Below, piece by piece: positions 1-10,410 of a DNA stretch of 49,036 nucleotides. Below the pieces are notes generated by a model. It was given only the letters and a program-made list of their open reading frames with translations, had not been told where the DNA came from and did no database searches. The stretch covers positions 1 through 49,036 of the forward strand of contig CAZUFC010000062.1 of the NCBI GenBank assembly GCA_964619725.1, in the 5' to 3' direction. The position numbers and the translations under genes were made by a program. This DNA is from an uncultured bacterium. Lineage in GTDB: Bacteria; CSSED10-310; CAZUFC01. Positions within the stretch are counted from its first letter, which is position 1. The number at the start of each line of letters is the position of its first letter.

Positions 1-12
1 TTTGCATGTTGA

Positions 13-77
13 CCCAGGGTTGCGCTACGCTGCGCTTCGCTTAACCCTGGGCTTTGCTGTTCGATCCCTTCAGGATC
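13..77. repeat. REP-like palindrome (copy 1 of 3)
   Basis: CCCAGGGTT-GCGCTACGCTGCGCTTCGCTT-AACCCTGGG hairpin, then CTTT and a small GATCC-CTTCA-GGATC hairpin; homologous to 10077-10172 and 21018-21111. Confidence 0.7.
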
Positions 78-346
78 AATGGAGAAGATCAAAAAATTGT
101 AAGCGGTTTTTTACTTCAAACTCCATAAGATTACAGGACATGAAACAAAATGAGCGCAAGCAATAAGGCAACAAAAGACAGTATCATTACTGATTACATG
201 AAACTGAAATTCACGTCAGTCAAAGATCAGCGGCCGGGATTCATCGCTGCCCTGTTAAAAGGGAGGGTATTGATAAAAATTAGGTCTTTAGAGATTACAA
301 CTCAGACAGTATGCAATTTGCAAAAGACCGGCAGATATCATGAATT

Positions 347-493
347 GGCATTGATCAAAAAAAGCATCTTTTGAGGTTACAATTCGACAGAACCTCCCAT
401 CATTTTGTTGCGATTGCGACCCCGATCCCGATACCGACCCCGATTGTGATACCGATATCGATACCGATTGCGATGCCGATCCCGATACCGATA
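347..493 (+). mobile_element. Partial MITE of the GGCATTGATCAAA/GGGACTGATCAAA family with internal (CGATNN)n tract
   Basis: Begins GGCATTGATCAAAAAAAGCATCTTTTGAGGTTACAATT, matching the reverse complement of the ends at 19679, 21521 and 46348; followed by about 14 degenerate CGATCC/CGATAC/CGATTG hexamers; a further degenerate end lies at about 267-302. Confidence 0.65.
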
Positions 494-879
494 AGGAGTA
501 TCATTTATGCGTTGACTGACCCAATTCGCAGCATTAGGGGAAGTTCGCGGTTCAAGGACAAAAACACGTTATGATTCCGATATATCGATCTTGCCGGTTC
601 GGCGCATATGATCTTTTCATTGTAGTTGAAATCAGCTCTGAATTTTCATAGAATTTTGTTTGAGAGAAATGTCATTCGATAAGAACCCAAAGGAGGTAAG
701 TTCATCGGCATTGGATCAGTTCCGTTATTAATTAAATATTCGATTTTCGAGGTTACAAGTTGTGAATTACGGAAACTTCAAGCGGCTGTGAAATCTGATA
801 AAGTCAATACGTGTATGTGTTTCATTAAGAAGAAAAACAAGCCCCGATACGCTAACGTCAAAAAACTGGAGGTTCTTGA

Positions 880-2379
880 ATGACCGCCGGCATGATTAAA
901 AGAAATAAAACAGTTTTTCTGGTAAAAGTCGACAATGCTGTTTACAGGAATGTTCCGCCTTTGGGGTTGCTTTATCTTGGCAGTTCTCTCAGGAAGGCCG
1001 GATTCGATCCGCGTATTTTTCATATTACCGGAAACGAGATTGATGAGGTCGGTCGGTTGGTCTCGGAGGAGAAACCGCTTTTCGTGGGTTTTTCGGTGGT
1101 AACGGGCTGGGGCATCAAACCGGCTGCCAAGTTATCGAGGCTGATAAAGCAGAAAACGGATGTGCCGGTGGTCTGGGGCAACGTTCACCCTTCCCAACTC
1201 CCTGAGCAATGCCTTAATGAGGATTATATAGATATCGTATGCATCGGTGAAGGCGAAGAAACCGTTACGGAATTAGCACAGGCGCTGGAATCCGGTTCTG
1301 ATTTGAATCATGTGCAGGGGATAGGATTCAAGGATTCGGAAGGCAATATCATAATAAATGAAAGAAGGCCGTTCATAGCTGATCTGGACAGGTATGAAAT
1401 CGACTGGGGGCTGGTCGACCTGGAGAGGTACGTCACGCCGGAATGGAAGGTCAAAAGAACTCTGAGGCTGACCGCTTCAAGAGGTTGTCCGTACCGGTGC
1501 ACCTTCTGTTATAACAAGTCCTTCAATAAAAGCCGCCACAGGAGGCATTCCGCTGATTACGTCATTTCTCACCTGAAGTATCTTAATGAAAAAAAGAACA
1601 TTGCCGGTTTTTATTTCAATGATGACAACTTTTTCGTTAATAAAGAATGGGCGTGGAGCATCCTGGAAAGCAGGAGATGTAATTATTACGTCAACTGCAG
1701 AACGGAATATATCGACAATGAATTCGCTTCCAGGCTGGCCGCTGCAGGTTGCCGGGAGATACTGCTGGGCTATGAATCCGGCTCGGACAGGGTTATGAAG
1801 AATCTGTTGAAAAAAGGAGCGATGCCCCGAAACAACATTGACGCGACTTACCTGCTGAGCCGTCATCCCCGGATAAGAATCATAGGCTCATTCATCGTGG
1901 GTCTGCCCGGAGAAACCGGGCATGACCGGCAGGACTCCTTGCGCATGATCGGCGATATATTGAAGATGCATCCCAATATTCAGTTGATTATTGCGTTCTT
2001 CAGGCCGTTTCCCGGCTGTGAATTATACGACGAAGCGGTAAAAAGGGACTTTCGACCGCCTGAAAAAACTGAAGACTGGTTCGCCTACGATTCGCTGTCA
2101 AACGTCCATTATCTGCCCTGGCTCGATAAAGAAGAAAGCCGGCATCTGGAAGCCCTGTGCCGCTCTGCAGACATTCTGGCGGCCCTGGATAGATTCAATA
2201 TCCCCATAGCCAGGCAGATTGTCCGAAAAATGATGATTGACGGCCGGTATGACAATAATTTTCTCCGTTTGCTCAACAAAATAAGAACCCGATACGCCTT
2301 CGACGAGTCAGACCGGACCGGCACGCTGGTCATAAGGAAAACATTCGACTGGCTGAAAAAAGTCAAGAATCTGAATTGA
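880..2379 (+). CDS. B12-binding domain radical SAM protein (class B methyltransferase-like)
   Basis: PPLGLLYL and VVWGNVHPS...GEGEET cobalamin-binding domain; ASRGCPYRCTFC CxxxCxxC motif; GYESGS; GGAGG RBS at about 868. Confidence 0.9.
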   Translation: MTAGMIKRNKTVFLVKVDNAVYRNVPPLGLLYLGSSLRKAGFDPRIFHITGNEIDEVGRLVSEEKPLFVGFSVVTGWGIKPAAKLSRLIKQKTDVPVVWGNVHPSQLPEQCLNEDYIDIVCIGEGEETVTELAQALESGSDLNHVQGIGFKDSEGNIIINERRPFIADLDRYEIDWGLVDLERYVTPEWKVKRTLRLTASRGCPYRCTFCYNKSFNKSRHRRHSADYVISHLKYLNEKKNIAGFYFNDDNFFVNKEWAWSILESRRCNYYVNCRTEYIDNEFASRLAAAGCREILLGYESGSDRVMKNLLKKGAMPRNNIDATYLLSRHPRIRIIGSFIVGLPGETGHDRQDSLRMIGDILKMHPNIQLIIAFFRPFPGCELYDEAVKRDFRPPEKTEDWFAYDSLSNVHYLPWLDKEESRHLEALCRSADILAALDRFNIPIARQIVRKMMIDGRYDNNFLRLLNKIRTRYAFDESDRTGTLVIRKTFDWLKKVKNLN

Positions 2380-2573
2380 AACAAACCGGAAATAGAGATG
2401 AGATAAAAGGGTTACGGTTATCGACGGTTCATCGCGATGTGTCGGCAATTCTCTCGTTGTTTCTATGCGCATTAGCTTTGTTTCATTATTTTTCAATATA
2501 TTGTTTGATAAATCGTTGTCGCGTTCGTTGCCGATGAAGCGGCAGTCGTTGCCGTAGTATCGTGCGAAATGAG

Positions 2574-2655
2574 TTAGCGCCTGTCCATAAACTCGAAACT
2601 CGATTCAAAATTTAATGCTGGACAGCCACTTGGTTTTTTGATCCATAAACGGGCG
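2574..2655. repeat. 82-bp dispersed repeat (GTCCATAAA-ended mini-element family)
   Basis: 77/82 identical to 23072-23153 by manual alignment. Confidence 0.85.
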
Positions 2656-2673
2656 CCGGGTAACTTGCTTCTC

Positions 2674-3582
2674 TTAATGCCGAAGTCCGCCGCGCTTGAG
2701 CCTCTTTACTTTTAAACCGTAAATCGTGCCCCTGATCAAGAAATAAGGGAAATGAATAAGGAAATAATAGGGAATAAAAACGATCAGGTGCCGTAACCGG
2801 GCATTCAGCAGCTCAAACAGAAACAGGTTCCTCAGCAGCAAATAGGCGCGGCGGAAAATGATCCTGTTGAACGAAGCGGCGCCGGCATGACGGACCTCTG
2901 AATTTTTGACGCAGACGACCCGGAATCCCTTATTCCTGACCCGGACATTAAAATCAGCCTCATCAAAGTAAGCGCGGTACATGACGCGGAACAATCCTGT
3001 TTTATGAAAAACTTCTGATTTAACCAGCGCGGCGCATCCCAGCACGGCGTCAATGTCCGCGCATACTTCTCCATCGTCGGTGAAAACGTCTCTTCCAGGT
3101 CTGAGTTTCTTGAATCGGCCTGTCCACAGGTTAATCCTGTACCCGGCTATGCCTTTCGTCTCCTGATTATCCATCGGGAGTATTACCGGCGAGAGGACGC
3201 CGATTTTTTCATCCGATTGAGCGGCTTCCAACAACCTGATGAGCGAATCTTTATCGACTGTAACGTCAGAATTCAAAAGCCATAAGAAATCCGCTCCCTG
3301 TTTCAGGCCATATTCGATCCCCTGGTTCAAAGCCTTAACGTAGCCGATGTTTTGCTTATTGCGAATAAGTTTAACTTCCGGAAACCTTTTCGAGACGGCC
3401 TCAGGAGAACCGTCGTCTGATGCGTTGTCGATGAGAAGGATTTGGAGAGCATGCTGCGGATAATTCAAATTTAAAAGGGATTCTATGCAATCCAGGACAA
3501 AATATTTGCCGTTCCAGTTTATGACGGTTATAAGGACGAATGGGCGGCGACTTTCTTTTGTTCTTTTTTCGTTTTTATTCAT
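2674..3582 (-). CDS. Glycosyltransferase family 2 (WbbL/rhamnosyltransferase-like)
   Basis: INWNG...DNASDDGS...NIGYVKALNQG...LLNSD...GCAALV...YFDEADF motifs. Confidence 0.9.
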   Translation of the reverse strand: MNKNEKRTKESRRPFVLITVINWNGKYFVLDCIESLLNLNYPQHALQILLIDNASDDGSPEAVSKRFPEVKLIRNKQNIGYVKALNQGIEYGLKQGADFLWLLNSDVTVDKDSLIRLLEAAQSDEKIGVLSPVILPMDNQETKGIAGYRINLWTGRFKKLRPGRDVFTDDGEVCADIDAVLGCAALVKSEVFHKTGLFRVMYRAYFDEADFNVRVRNKGFRVVCVKNSEVRHAGAASFNRIIFRRAYLLLRNLFLFELLNARLRHLIVFIPYYFLIHFPYFLIRGTIYGLKVKRLKRGGLRH

Positions 3583-5039
3583 AATGCCTGCTGTCGTGAG
3601 AGTTTAATTGTTCGCTGTAATAATAAGGGAATTCGTTTCGAAAAGTAAGTGACTGATAAATTGGCGGATACAATTACTGCGAGCTTTTTCTCATCTTTTC
3701 GGTGATGATCCGGGGTATCCGCTGTTGCCGCAGATTAAACAATATATTTCCCAATCCGTCTATTTTGAAGATCGCCAACAATCCTTTTCATTTTTTCCTT
3801 CATCGATAGCGCCTAAAACTTTTCGTCGCTATGAAGCGTTAACGAAACATCTTTCAGAATAATTCATCAGGCTCTCCAAAGCAATTTTTTGGTTCTGATC
3901 ATACCGGGGCTGCACTTTTTCATAAAATTATTGGATGATTGAAATCACCTGTTTTTTTCATCAAGGGCCGTTTGTTTCGGGGGGCGAGGTCGGTATTGGG
4001 GTCGCATCAAAATAATTACGAGGAAATATGTGTTGCGCTGTTCAATAACCATCTTTGCGGTCCTTGGGGTCACTTCGCGGATAAAAAATTTCTGCGAAAA
4101 GATTCGTCATCCTTCGGGGGCTGATCAAATGGGGGTTATGATTTTGCAGGATATACGCCGTCCCGGCAGTTTAGGTATGTCGTTTCTGTCGTCCGCGTCT
4201 TTCGGTATGGTCGATCCACCGTTCCAGCCTGACAATCAGCTTTTCGTTTCTTGAAGGTTTACGATGCGCAGATAGACTGGAAGCCTGCGCTCCCAGTAAT
4301 CATCGAGGGGTATTCATCGGATACTCTGCATTTGGATTAGCATCGAGCTGCACGAAATGCGGCGGGATGCTGCGTCTGCATTAAGAAAAACAATTTCTCC
4401 TGAAAATCTAATAAAAATCAGAGAAGTAAAAGTAGAAGCGGCATCCTGCCGCTTTCCCGGAGAGCGGTCTATAACCGATAACGAAAATATGGTTCTGTGA
4501 ATGTTAAGGAGTTGATTTTCCGGCATTGAACAAAAATGCGTTTTTCTAGCTTACGCTTCTGCAGAGTATTTAAACATATCTAATGGACCTTTAATAACTG
4601 AAGTGCGATCTGTGACTCATAAGAAAAACAACCCCCCGATCCGCTAATGCCGAGACTTCGACTATGGCTCGTTTCAGCATAAGCGTCTCGGTTCCCCTTT
4701 GCTAAGCCTGTCGATTTCATCGAAAATGGTTCACTGTCGCAACATCATGTAGCGGCATCAATCATGATGTCCCCACTATGTTGTATGCCGAAAACCGCTT
4801 TTTCGATTAAATGGACACCACGTGCTAAGGGGAATTTAATACGCCGATTTTTTTATTGACTCACTCAGTCAAACGTTTTGAAAAAATTGTGACCCCGGTT
4901 TGGTTTGGTCAGTTCCAGAATTTCGATGCCGATAGCGATCCCGATCCCGATTATGAAAAGAGCATTCAGACGACGGCGTTCAAAGACGGCCCCGGTTTGC
5001 CGTTTTCATCCAAACAGTTCCGGCTTTCCTTACCGTTCA

Positions 5040-5888
5040 TCAAATATCCCAATGTTCAAAATCATTACCGGTAAATTTCCTGAATTTTTCAACATCGTCT
5101 CTTAAGCGATCCTTGATTTTTTCCAGCGTCTCGTCATCTAGTGAGGGTTTTTCCATTTTCTTCGATAAGGGGTAGTATACGAGTTTTCCGATTTTACGCC
5201 GCCATTCCAGGGGAAACCGTTTGAAAAATTCTTTTTCCATATTTTCTTTTATCGACAACGCCAGGCCGGTTTTTCGTCGTTTTTCGGCAGAGGTGTTCAG
5301 TAAAATATTGAATTCAGAAGAATGGAAATTCTCGTCAACGCCGAGAAATTGAAATATTCTCTTCAAAGCGCCTGCCCTGTCGTTCAGCAGCTCACAAGAA
5401 TCAACAATAAAAATCGCAGACGCCGGATAATACTGCAGATATTCACTCAGTTGCATATAATATTTGCTGAAACCGATGTAAGAATTTTCTTTGTCCGGAT
5501 TCGACAAGGCTTCGGACAGGGGTCTTGTTTCGAGTCCTTCCGCAATGGTGTGCACATATTGGGAAATCATTCTTTCAATTGGATCGCGAACAACGTATAT
5601 CAGACGGGCAGCCGGCAATATACGGCGCATTCTTTCGGCAACCCCGGCATACAGCAGAAAATTGCTGTACTTGGGCGATGATTCCCCGCATATTTCCACA
5701 CTGCCGTCGAAGTTGCTCCTATACCATTCAATGCCCCTATTCCAGGAACCCTCGACGATAAAAAAATCCAGTTCCTTCTCCCGGGACATGAATATCTGCG
5801 GATGCAGGCCCAGATAATAATGCAGACTGGTCGTGGCTGATTTTGGAGCTCCGATTACGATCAGATCAGGTAATGTCGCTTTTTTCAT
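5040..5888 (-). CDS. PAPS-dependent sulfotransferase
   Basis: IGAPKSATTSL 5'-PSB loop, KELDFF, GESSPKY, RDPIERMISQY 3'-PB motif; overlaps the upstream GT2 (operon). Confidence 0.9.
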   Translation of the reverse strand: MKKATLPDLIVIGAPKSATTSLHYYLGLHPQIFMSREKELDFFIVEGSWNRGIEWYRSNFDGSVEICGESSPKYSNFLLYAGVAERMRRILPAARLIYVVRDPIERMISQYVHTIAEGLETRPLSEALSNPDKENSYIGFSKYYMQLSEYLQYYPASAIFIVDSCELLNDRAGALKRIFQFLGVDENFHSSEFNILLNTSAEKRRKTGLALSIKENMEKEFFKRFPLEWRRKIGKLVYYPLSKKMEKPSLDDETLEKIKDRLRDDVEKFRKFTGNDFEHWDI

Positions 5889-6903
5889 TCTTTCGGCTGT
5901 TCTCGAAATATCGGTGGAACGGGTAAAGTAAAAAACCTGTGACGACGCCGATTAAACTATACAAAAAATATAGCCACAGCATCACGGTCGCTTGAGGGAA
6001 CTTTTTAATCCCTAATTTTTTCCGTAAAAAACGGAGAAAAGGAATATGAGGGACTAACGAGACAAGAAGAAAAACGGGAACAAGCAGGAATAACTCCGGT
6101 CGCAAGATGCCGGCAAGAGCAGACAATACCGCTGAAACGACGCAGAAGGATGAAAAACGGTAATTCCATCCGAGATTCAGGTCCTTCCTGTTCCAGTCTT
6201 TGTATCTTAAAAGAATAAACGTCCACGGAACCGCCCGGTTGAATATGTCGCACTTGATTAAATGCCATAGCTTCCACCGCTTCAGATGAGTCGTCTGCAT
6301 CTCTTTCAGGAGTTTGATCTTTTTGCCGGCGCTCGTCAGACGATGACCGAATTCCACATCCTCCAGGTAAATGAAATTCTCATTGAATCCGCCGAATTCC
6401 AGAAAAAGGTCTCGGCGAACCGCTCCGCAGGCTGTCCAGAACGTATGAGCTTCCGTATTCGAGTTCTGATGCACGTAATGATGCATTAAGTTTTTGAATT
6501 GCGATACCAGTTCGCCGGCGCCGGGCGATGCGTCGTAGGAGCCGAAACAGGCTGCCAAGGATGGATCAGCATCGAGAGTTTCCACGGCTTTCGACAGGGT
6601 ATCCGGGTGCACCACGGCATCGGAATCGGAAAAGAATATGATCTCTCCCCGGGCCGCTTCCGCTCCCCGGTTTCGGGCATAGGCCGGTCCGTGAGGTCCA
6701 TCGTCAAGGCTGATCAATCTGAATCCCCGTTCCTCGGCCAGATGACCCGAACCGTCCGTGGATGAATCGTCTACAATGATTATCTCGTCAGGTTTAAACT
6801 CCGAATCAGAAATTCCGTCAAGACTGCGGGATAAGGTCTCGACTCCATTATACACCGGAATGATCACTGATAATTTCATGCTTGCTTTCCCCAGCAGCTT
6901 CAT
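5866..6903 (-). CDS. Glycosyltransferase family 2 with C-terminal transmembrane helices
   Basis: SVIIPVYNG, DDSSTDGS, GPAYARNRG, FSDSD (DxD), EDVEFG; hydrophobic C-terminus; start may be 6879. Confidence 0.9.
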   Translation of the reverse strand: MKLLGKASMKLSVIIPVYNGVETLSRSLDGISDSEFKPDEIIIVDDSSTDGSGHLAEERGFRLISLDDGPHGPAYARNRGAEAARGEIIFFSDSDAVVHPDTLSKAVETLDADPSLAACFGSYDASPGAGELVSQFKNLMHHYVHQNSNTEAHTFWTACGAVRRDLFLEFGGFNENFIYLEDVEFGHRLTSAGKKIKLLKEMQTTHLKRWKLWHLIKCDIFNRAVPWTFILLRYKDWNRKDLNLGWNYRFSSFCVVSAVLSALAGILRPELFLLVPVFLLVSLVPHIPFLRFLRKKLGIKKFPQATVMLWLYFLYSLIGVVTGFLLYPFHRYFENSRKNEKSDIT

Positions 6904-7171
6904 TTTATACCAACAACGGAAGCCGGTAAAGCAAAATAAACCAATGTGGCGATTCTGAAGTTCAGTCTTCCTTAAATATCCGAAAAATCGACTGGTACTT
7001 ATGGATATTCAAGACTGACGGCGCGGGGAGCGAATGTGAATGAGTTTGAAATATGAGGTATCGAGTTTATGGACGGAAGCGGGTTAGCCGGATGATCCGG
7101 TTTTCTTTTGCTTTTTGCATCTGTGAAATAATAAAATGATTCGACGCTGAAAGCGACAGGAGATCGAATTT

Positions 7172-7351
7172 AATTACTCCTGAGATTGATGAAAAATCAA
7201 TTTTGAATATTAAAACGAATCTGAATGAAAAAAATCCCCCCGCTTGCGGGGGATTCAGGGAGGCTGAAAATCACATATTGTTTAAGCCGAAACGTATTAC
7301 AAGTGAAGCAAATAAATTCAATTACTCATGTTGCTCTTGTCAAGAGTTCAG
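7172..7351. mobile_element. Degenerate 180-bp MITE (same end family as 22501-22685)
   Basis: Right end TGTCAAGAGTTCAG (7338-7351), eroded left end AATTACTCCTGAGA, flanked by AATTT on both sides (7167-7171, 7352-7356); internal AATCCCCC-GCTTGC-GGGGGATT hairpin. Confidence 0.5.
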
Positions 7352-7486
7352 AATTTGATTATGAGCCGGTCAGAATCTTCAAAGATTATCAGAGCGACAA
7401 ATGAGAGTTCGCAAAGGAATGACATCGATTCCGGCGCCTGGATAAATTTTCAGGTAGAAATCGAAGGCGGCTTTATGCCATAGATC

Positions 7487-9793
7487 ATGAAAGTTATTTA
7501 TTTATATGTAATTATGCTTAATTTGTCTTTTTTCGGTTTGTATCTGTGGACTTCCGGCGAGTGCAAATATGAGGTCAGGTTAGAGGTTGGTCCAGAGGTA
7601 ATAAAGGCTTTCCTTGACGGCGAGGAATTAGGCAGTCTGGATCGTCCGGGTATAAGAGGGGGGCGTATGGGACTGGAATTGTTTCCGCCGTCCAAACCGG
7701 TTCAATGGATTGCGGAATCCAACATCGAGCAGGGATGGGACAATGTCCGCGTTTACGATTATGAGACGGGTGATCTGCTTTTCGAAGAAAAATTTAATGA
7801 TGAGGATTCTTTGGCGGATTGGGTTGCTCTTTCAGGGAATCCTGCAATCGACAGGGGAAGGCTGACGGGCGAGGGGCGTACGGTGATGATTACCCGGTAT
7901 GATCGTTGGAAGCATTTTATCGTGGAAGCAGAATTAGTCCGGGGTATTGATGCCGGGATAAGGGTCTTATTATCCAACAGAGAGAATTATGTTCGGTTGC
8001 ATTTGCTTCCCTTTAAATACGATCTTACCATGCTGGAACATATCAGTAACGGCCGCCGGGTCGATTTTGCGGGGAAGAGCGCCGGTCCTGCGCCGTTATC
8101 CCGTGCGATTGTATTTATTCATAAGTTGTTAACGGTTTATTTCCTGGGAGCGATGCTGTTGTTTTTCACGGCGCTGACCGGAATAATCGTTTACTGGTCG
8201 CTTAAAAAATTTCCAGGGTTTTTCAGCGCAGTAAAAACCATTTCAGAACGCCGGTTCGTTAGACGTTCGAATCTGTGGCTGCCCCTGTTTGCTGCCGCAA
8301 GCGCCGTTTTCGCGGGTATTTACATTAATGTTTCCATGCTGGAAGGAATACCTCACGTGCAGGATTCGGTCGCCTATTATTTTCAGTCAAAAATTTACGC
8401 TTCGGGGAGATTATGGACAGAAGCGCCGGAGTTGCCGGAATTTTTCGAACAGCAATACATGATCGAGCATGAAGGAAGACTGTTCTCTCAATATCCTTAT
8501 GGGTTCCCCATCCTTCTGGCTGTTGGCCGTATATTGGGGATTCCGTATGTTGTAAATCCGGCGCTGGGCGGATTGTCGATTCTGCTGTTCGCTTTTCTGG
8601 CCCGAAAACTTTTTGACGGATCGACGGTCAATCTTAGCGTTCTGCTAATGACAGTTTCACCATTTTTCCTGATGATGAGCGGCACGTATATGTCTCATTC
8701 GGCCGGAATGTTCTACGCGCTAGCCGCTTTATACCTGACGATATCCAACAGGAAACGATTATCCCTTTTAAAAGGTCTCGGAGCAGGATTCAGCCTTACT
8801 CTGCTGGCCGCGACCAGGCCCTTGAACGCTTTGCCGACAGGAATGGTAATGTGTGTTTTCCTGGTCCACATGATTTTCCGTGACAGGAAAATACCTTATC
8901 GGCGAATAGCCGGTCTGATCGCCGGTCTGGGTTTAGGCGGCATTGTTTTTCTGTCGTTTAATTATGCAATGACCAACGATCCCTTTCGCACGACTTACAG
9001 CTTGTCCGTGGGAAGAGATATCATCGGCTCGCAGGTCGGATTCGGACCCAAAGTAAACCTGACAGGTTCAATCAATAATCTGGACGTGCTGTTCAGCAGC
9101 TTAATGGCAGCGCTCTTTCCCTGGCCCAATATTTTGACGACGGCTCCTCTTCTTTTCGGTCTGTTGTATCCAAGGAAATGCGCCGGTTACTATTCGGCCG
9201 CCGGCGGATTCCTGCTCACTGCCGCCGCCTATTTCTTTTTCGTCAGGGCCTCAGTCTGCTACGGACCACGTTATTATTACGAGGCGCTTCCGTTTATCAT
9301 CCTGTTGTCGGTGCGGGGATTGAAACTTCCCGTTAAGCTTGCGATGAGGATAGGCAACGGAATATACCGACATAACGGAGCGGAAGTCGGGCGATTATTC
9401 GAAAAATTCTTTACTGTTCTAATAACGATCGCCATCGTAGTCTTCGCGCTTGTCAATCCTTTGAAATACAGAGATGAATTCAAGGAACTCCGGGGATACA
9501 ACATATTAAATACAAAGGTAATTCGTAACGTCGAAAAGCAGGGAATAAAAGATGCCGTAGTTTTCATCCTGCCCCTGAAACAAAACGTTAAATGGGTCGC
9601 TTACGGATCGGTTTTTCCTCAGAACGACATCTTCTTTTCCGGCGACGTCATCTATGTCCGCTCATTGGGTATTGAAAAAGACCGTCTGCTCATGGAACTA
9701 TACCCGGACAGGGAATATTTCACGGCCTCTTATCGGACCGGGGAAATAAAACCATATGAGTTGCCGGCGTTGGAAGCGCATTCAGTAGAATAA
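7487..9793 (+). CDS. GT-C (ArnT/PMT-like) integral membrane glycosyltransferase with N-terminal beta-sandwich domain
   Basis: PHVQDSVAY acidic first loop, SQYPYGFP, many TM helices, GPRYYYEALP; N-terminal soluble beta-rich domain at about aa 25-200. Confidence 0.75.
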   Translation: MKVIYLYVIMLNLSFFGLYLWTSGECKYEVRLEVGPEVIKAFLDGEELGSLDRPGIRGGRMGLELFPPSKPVQWIAESNIEQGWDNVRVYDYETGDLLFEEKFNDEDSLADWVALSGNPAIDRGRLTGEGRTVMITRYDRWKHFIVEAELVRGIDAGIRVLLSNRENYVRLHLLPFKYDLTMLEHISNGRRVDFAGKSAGPAPLSRAIVFIHKLLTVYFLGAMLLFFTALTGIIVYWSLKKFPGFFSAVKTISERRFVRRSNLWLPLFAAASAVFAGIYINVSMLEGIPHVQDSVAYYFQSKIYASGRLWTEAPELPEFFEQQYMIEHEGRLFSQYPYGFPILLAVGRILGIPYVVNPALGGLSILLFAFLARKLFDGSTVNLSVLLMTVSPFFLMMSGTYMSHSAGMFYALAALYLTISNRKRLSLLKGLGAGFSLTLLAATRPLNALPTGMVMCVFLVHMIFRDRKIPYRRIAGLIAGLGLGGIVFLSFNYAMTNDPFRTTYSLSVGRDIIGSQVGFGPKVNLTGSINNLDVLFSSLMAALFPWPNILTTAPLLFGLLYPRKCAGYYSAAGGFLLTAAAYFFFVRASVCYGPRYYYEALPFIILLSVRGLKLPVKLAMRIGNGIYRHNGAEVGRLFEKFFTVLITIAIVVFALVNPLKYRDEFKELRGYNILNTKVIRNVEKQGIKDAVVFILPLKQNVKWVAYGSVFPQNDIFFSGDVIYVRSLGIEKDRLLMELYPDREYFTASYRTGEIKPYELPALEAHSVE

Positions 9794-9910
9794 TCCTCTG
9801 CGAAATTACGTGTATTCATACGAAAAGAGGGGGCTGATCAAATATCGATATTTTGAGGTTACAATTCAGCCGGCGCCCAATCTGCCAAAGATTAGGAGCT
9901 AAGAATATGA

Positions 9911-10066
9911 AATATTAAAAACCTGAAAGGGTTTCACAGGAAAAACCTGGTCGAATACATCATAAATCATGAAAAACGCCGCCGACAAAATTCATTTAAG
10001 GACGAATTAAGGAGTCTTTTGGAAAAACAGGGCGTTAATAATGATGAAAAATGCCTCCAGGGTTGA
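9911..10066 (+). pseudogene. C-terminal remnant of an IS200/IS605-type (Y1, RAYT-like) tyrosine transposase
   Basis: Manual translation VEYIINHEKRRRQNSFKDELRSLLEKQGVNNDEKCLQG* resembles the YI.NQ.EHH...SF.DE...LL...G...DE.YL tail of Y1 transposases; no start codon or HUH motif; REP-like palindrome follows. Confidence 0.65.
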
Positions 10067-10076
10067 GAATCTGTTC

Positions 10077-10172
10077 AAACCTTTCAGGGTTTTACAATTC
10101 ATGCATCATACCCAGGGTTGCGCTCGCAAGCTCGCTTAAACCCTGGCTTTGTTGTGGGACCCCTTCGCGGTC
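10077..10172. repeat. REP-like palindrome (copy 2)
   Basis: AAACCTTTCAGGGTTT, CCCAGGGTTGCGCTCGCAAGCTCGCTTAAACCCTGG, CTTT, GACCCCTTCGCGGTC. Confidence 0.7.
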
Positions 10173-10410
10173 AATATTATTGTCTCAAGCGTTTGTAATA
10201 GTCAGCTTTCCTAATGGGCATTTTGAACAGTCAATTTTTTTTTCCGGCAAAAACCGTTACCCCTGTTTGATCAGCGCCGGTTATCCGTTTCAGTTCATCT
10301 CAGAAAATTACAATCCCACTTTTATCAGCGCCATAACTTCATAAAGGTTATAATTCGACTTGCAGCCAACCCGCATGCCGTTAAGCATGAGGAATGACGT
10401 CCAATTCATT

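Noticed and set aside
150-374. 74-aa ORF
   Set aside because: Its 3' half consists of two MITE ends; no recognisable motif
371-574. (PI)n / (RD)n / (RL)n ORFs here and at 21292-21513 and 29940-30140
   Set aside because: By-products of hexamer tracts in non-coding repeat elements
3690-3800. Possible GT9-like N-terminus remnant (MKRI/LAIFKIDGLGNIL) on the minus strand
   Set aside because: Needs a frameshift and the similarity is only about 15 aa; too weak
4228-4370. Possible gene 3' fragment (EYPLDDYWERRLPVYLRIV) on the minus strand
   Set aside because: Looks coding but is short, frameshifted and unassignable
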